A DNA stretch of 29,103 nt. Source: a virus (taxonomy: Duplodnaviria; Caudoviricetes). Position numbers and translations under genes: made by a program. The notes beneath the pieces were generated by a model that was not told the DNA's origin, ran no database searches, and saw only the letters and a program-made list of their open reading frames with translations. Positions 26,445 through 29,103 of the stretch are shown in pieces (positions within the stretch are counted from its first letter, which is position 1; every line of letters starts with the position of its first letter). The stretch spans positions 1 to 29,103 of IMG/VR virus record IMGVR_UViG_3300012663_000119, one strand, 5' to 3'.

Positions 26445-27790
26445 AATTATTTGGATTCAACATTGGAAAGAGTACAAGCGTAGAGATGACTGAAACGTCA
26501 AGCTATCAATCTTTCTCAACACCATTCTTAAAAGTTAGGGGTGGCAATTTAAGTCTTCCGTATGTAAACGCAAGGCAACAAACTAATGGATATATCAGAT
26601 TTGGCGATGATAACTTGTATCCTCAAATGATTAACCAACTTTATTACACAAGTCCATTGCACTCATCAATCATTGACTTTAAAACTAACGCAATTATCGG
26701 TGGTGGTTATGAGTTAAAGGTAGATGAAAACGCAACGGCAGTAGACAAAGTAGAAGTTTATTCTATTGAAAGACGTTTAAACTTAAAAAAGTCTTTACAC
26801 ACAATAACAAAAGACGTTCTTTTACACAATAGAAAGTACTTTATTTTACGTTTTAATAGTTTAGGCGACTTAGTAGGAGTAAAATCAATAGGTTCTGAGA
26901 AAGTAAGACGTGACAAAGACGGAGAAAACTACTTTATTTGTGATGATTGGTGGAGTCAAATTGAAATCAGAACTATTAAACGCTATTCAAAACATTGCAA
27001 AGATACAGAACAATTGTATGTTTACGAGAATCACCAAGTAGGACAAGACATTTATCCACTACCAAGCTATACAAGTGCTTTTAACTGGGCGTTTTTAGAT
27101 GGCGAAATGTCGTACTTACAAAAGTCAAACATTTTAAACTCAATCTTCCCATCTTTTGCTATGATGTTTCCAAAGAAACCACAAGGAGAAGAAGAAAAGA
27201 AAGCCATTAAAGATACCATTGAACGTGCTAAAGGTGCTCAAAATGCTGGTAAAGCAGTTGCATTCTTTGCTAACAATAAAGAACAACTTCCAACGATTGA
27301 GTCAATACCTACAAACAACTTAGACAACGTCTTCCAAGTAACTACTGAAAGCATTGATAGTAAGATATGCCAAGCACACACAATAGACCCAATTTTAATG
27401 GGTATTCGTGTAAGTGGAAAACTTGGTTCTGGTTCTGATATTAAACAAGCGTATGTAATTTTCGAGAAAAATACTATTATTCCAATGCGTCAAGTAGTAG
27501 AGGACATAGTAAACGAAATTTTAGCAATCGCAAAAGTTAAAGCTGAACTTGTAATAAACAACTACCAAATCGTTAATGAAACAATTGTAGAAGTAGACGG
27601 AGATGCAAGTAAAACACAAGAAGCATTGAATACTTTATCGCCTTTAGTTGCTACAAAAGTACTTGAATCAATGACTGAAAACGAGATACGTGCTTTGGCT
27701 TCATTACCACCAGTAGCAGATGGCGACAAAACAAAATCACAGATAGCACAAGAAGCAATTGACAACGCACCAACAACACCGAAACTATGA
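26441..27790 (+). CDS. Portal protein
   Basis: FG.DNLYPQ..., SPLH.SII..K, YPLP.Y, G..NAGK, I..AH..DP.LMG and MT.NEIR motifs. Confidence 0.85.
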   Translation: MKLFGFNIGKSTSVEMTETSSYQSFSTPFLKVRGGNLSLPYVNARQQTNGYIRFGDDNLYPQMINQLYYTSPLHSSIIDFKTNAIIGGGYELKVDENATAVDKVEVYSIERRLNLKKSLHTITKDVLLHNRKYFILRFNSLGDLVGVKSIGSEKVRRDKDGENYFICDDWWSQIEIRTIKRYSKHCKDTEQLYVYENHQVGQDIYPLPSYTSAFNWAFLDGEMSYLQKSNILNSIFPSFAMMFPKKPQGEEEKKAIKDTIERAKGAQNAGKAVAFFANNKEQLPTIESIPTNNLDNVFQVTTESIDSKICQAHTIDPILMGIRVSGKLGSGSDIKQAYVIFEKNTIIPMRQVVEDIVNEILAIAKVKAELVINNYQIVNETIVEVDGDASKTQEALNTLSPLVATKVLESMTENEIRALASLPPVADGDKTKSQIAQEAIDNAPTTPKL

Positions 27791-28296
27791 TATATTTTAT
27801 TACAGAGAACTATTTAAAAACACAAACACCGATAACGGCAAATTGTGATGTTAACGATATTGTGCCATACATCAAGACTCAATCAGATTTGAGAATACAA
27901 CCAATTCTTGGAACGTATTTTTACAATGATATTTTAGCAAAGTACAACGCACAAACATTGTCAGCAAACGAGGAAATTCTTGTAACTTATATTCAACCAA
28001 TTGTTGCGTGGAGAAGTGCTGAAGATGCGGTCTTTGGTTTATCTTACCAGCTTAAAAATAAAGGTTTGCAATTACAGAATGGAGACTATTCCAATTCAGT
28101 TAGTCAACAAGAGGTTGCTTTTGCTCAAGACCACTACGGACAAAAGGCTTCTTTCTACGAGGCACGTTTAGTGAACTATTTACATACTGAAAGAGATTTG
28201 TTTCCAAACTTCACAAGCGTATTGAATAGAGATAGCGATATTCGACCAACGAGAAACGCTGACAATGGTTACACCGATTCAATTATGGTTATATGA
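27787..28296 (+). CDS. Head-tail adaptor-like protein
   Basis: FITE.YLK..TPI..N.D...I.PYI...D..IQP.LGT pattern, directly after the portal. Confidence 0.6.
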   Translation: MIYFITENYLKTQTPITANCDVNDIVPYIKTQSDLRIQPILGTYFYNDILAKYNAQTLSANEEILVTYIQPIVAWRSAEDAVFGLSYQLKNKGLQLQNGDYSNSVSQQEVAFAQDHYGQKASFYEARLVNYLHTERDLFPNFTSVLNRDSDIRPTRNADNGYTDSIMVI

Positions 28297-28730
28297 TTCG
28301 ATTGCTTGCTTCAAATTCTGCTATTCTTTTAAAGGTTTTAATTTTATTCTTCGCACCAATTAAAGGCATTATTATTTTGGTTGCCTTATCTACTATTTTA
28401 GATACTTGTTTTGGAATCTGGAAAGCTACAAAGCTAAAAGAGAAAGTAAATAGTAAAACTTTTAGATACGGATTCGTGCCAAAACTATTCAGCTATGTTG
28501 GTGCGATTATGTTGGTTTACGCTTCAGACTTTTTTATAATTAACTACTTGACAAAAGAAGTTATTAGTGTTGACTATTTAGCGACTAAAGTAATTGCTTT
28601 AATGCTTATTAGTATTGAGGTAAAAAGTATGGATGAATCGTTTGAGAAAGTAAAAGGATATTCTTTTATCACTAAAATTGTAAAGCTGATTATACAAGCA
28701 AAGAATGTAAAGAAAAAAATAACAGAATGA
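28293..28730 (+). CDS. Holin (phage holin 4-like)
   Basis: Multiple TM segments; DT..GIWKA and IEV.S.DE motifs; basic C-terminus. Confidence 0.8.
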   Translation: MIRLLASNSAILLKVLILFFAPIKGIIILVALSTILDTCFGIWKATKLKEKVNSKTFRYGFVPKLFSYVGAIMLVYASDFFIINYLTKEVISVDYLATKVIALMLISIEVKSMDESFEKVKGYSFITKIVKLIIQAKNVKKKITE

Positions 28731-29103
28731 AAATAGATTTCAAGCACTTATTCTCAATGCTATTACTTTGGTTAATTTCAATTTATTTAGTATTTTATTT
28801 TAGTTCGTGTTCGGCAAAATGGCATATTAACAGAGCATACAAAAAAGGTGCAAAGTTAGAGCAAACAAGCGACACGATTCGCATTGCTTCAATAGACTCA
28901 TTTAAAGTAGTTTTAAACGATACTTTTTACTTCGAGAAGTATTTTACCACAAAAGATACAATCATTCAGTACAAACGCTTATATGTGCCTAAAACACGCT
29001 TTGAAACACGAATAGAATATAAACTTAAACGCGATACGTTAAGACTTGAAAAAGTTAAAATACGCAAAGAATATAGAACTAAAACAAAGCCGTTCCCATA
29101 CAC
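28727..29103 (+). CDS. N-terminal part of predicted unimolecular spanin (lipoprotein); runs off the contig end and is absent from the ORF track
   Basis: MKIDFKHLFSMLLLWLISIYLVFYFSS-C lipobox (Cys28); frame open to the end; ATGA overlap with holin. Confidence 0.7.
   Translation, partial: MKIDFKHLFSMLLLWLISIYLVFYFSSCSAKWHINRAYKKGAKLEQTSDTIRIASIDSFKVVLNDTFYFEKYFTTKDTIIQYKRLYVPKTRFETRIEYKLKRDTLRLEKVKIRKEYRTKTKPFPY
28976..29103 (+). repeat. Imperfect terminal direct repeat, right copy
   Basis: About 84% identical to 1-128. Confidence 0.95.

Noticed and set aside
2498-27765. Numerous 60-116 aa minus-strand and alternate-frame ORFs in the track (e.g. 11495-11845, 20911-21255, 21405-21623)
   Set aside because: They shadow well-supported genes and lack motifs or leaders.
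28976-29103. DGR template/variable repeat pair with 1-128
   Set aside because: Mismatches are not adenine-specific, are mostly synonymous, and no reverse transcriptase is present.
1-29103. Stop-codon reassignment, tRNA genes, integrase or repressor
   Set aside because: The standard code gives dense, intact, coupled ORFs; no cloverleaf, recombinase or CI-like motifs were seen by eye.

Overview
The window is an essentially complete, AT-rich, circularly permuted ~29 kb genome of a tailed dsDNA phage. Its two ends overlap by 128 bp inside one gene. The host is most likely Bacteroidota, inferred from TTG-N19-TAnnTTTG promoters and A-rich leaders without Shine-Dalgarno motifs. Gene order: lysis (holin, predicted unimolecular spanin across the junction, M15 endolysin), an exonuclease, small early genes, a recombination/replication block (DnaA-C-like HTH, ERF, YqaJ, SSB, initiator with iterons, helicase, NinG), a sigma-like late regulator, TerS/TerL, tail genes, two inverted paralogs, then protease, capsid, tail tube, portal and adaptor. 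I see no integrase, repressor, DNA polymerase, tRNA, CRISPR array or reverse transcriptase. Main observations: (1) a compositionally foreign four-gene cassette whose thymidylate synthase homolog has Asp at the Asn177 specificity position, next to NTP-pyrophosphatase-like genes and a nuclease-like gene, a possible minimal cytosine-modification system; (2) a promoter- and terminator-bounded ~80 nt sRNA antisense to translation start regions; (3) a kissing-loop terminator leader before the replication initiator; (4) five AAAC-N16-ACAATAT late promoters, three apparently leaderless. All calls come from reading motifs by eye; no searches were run.
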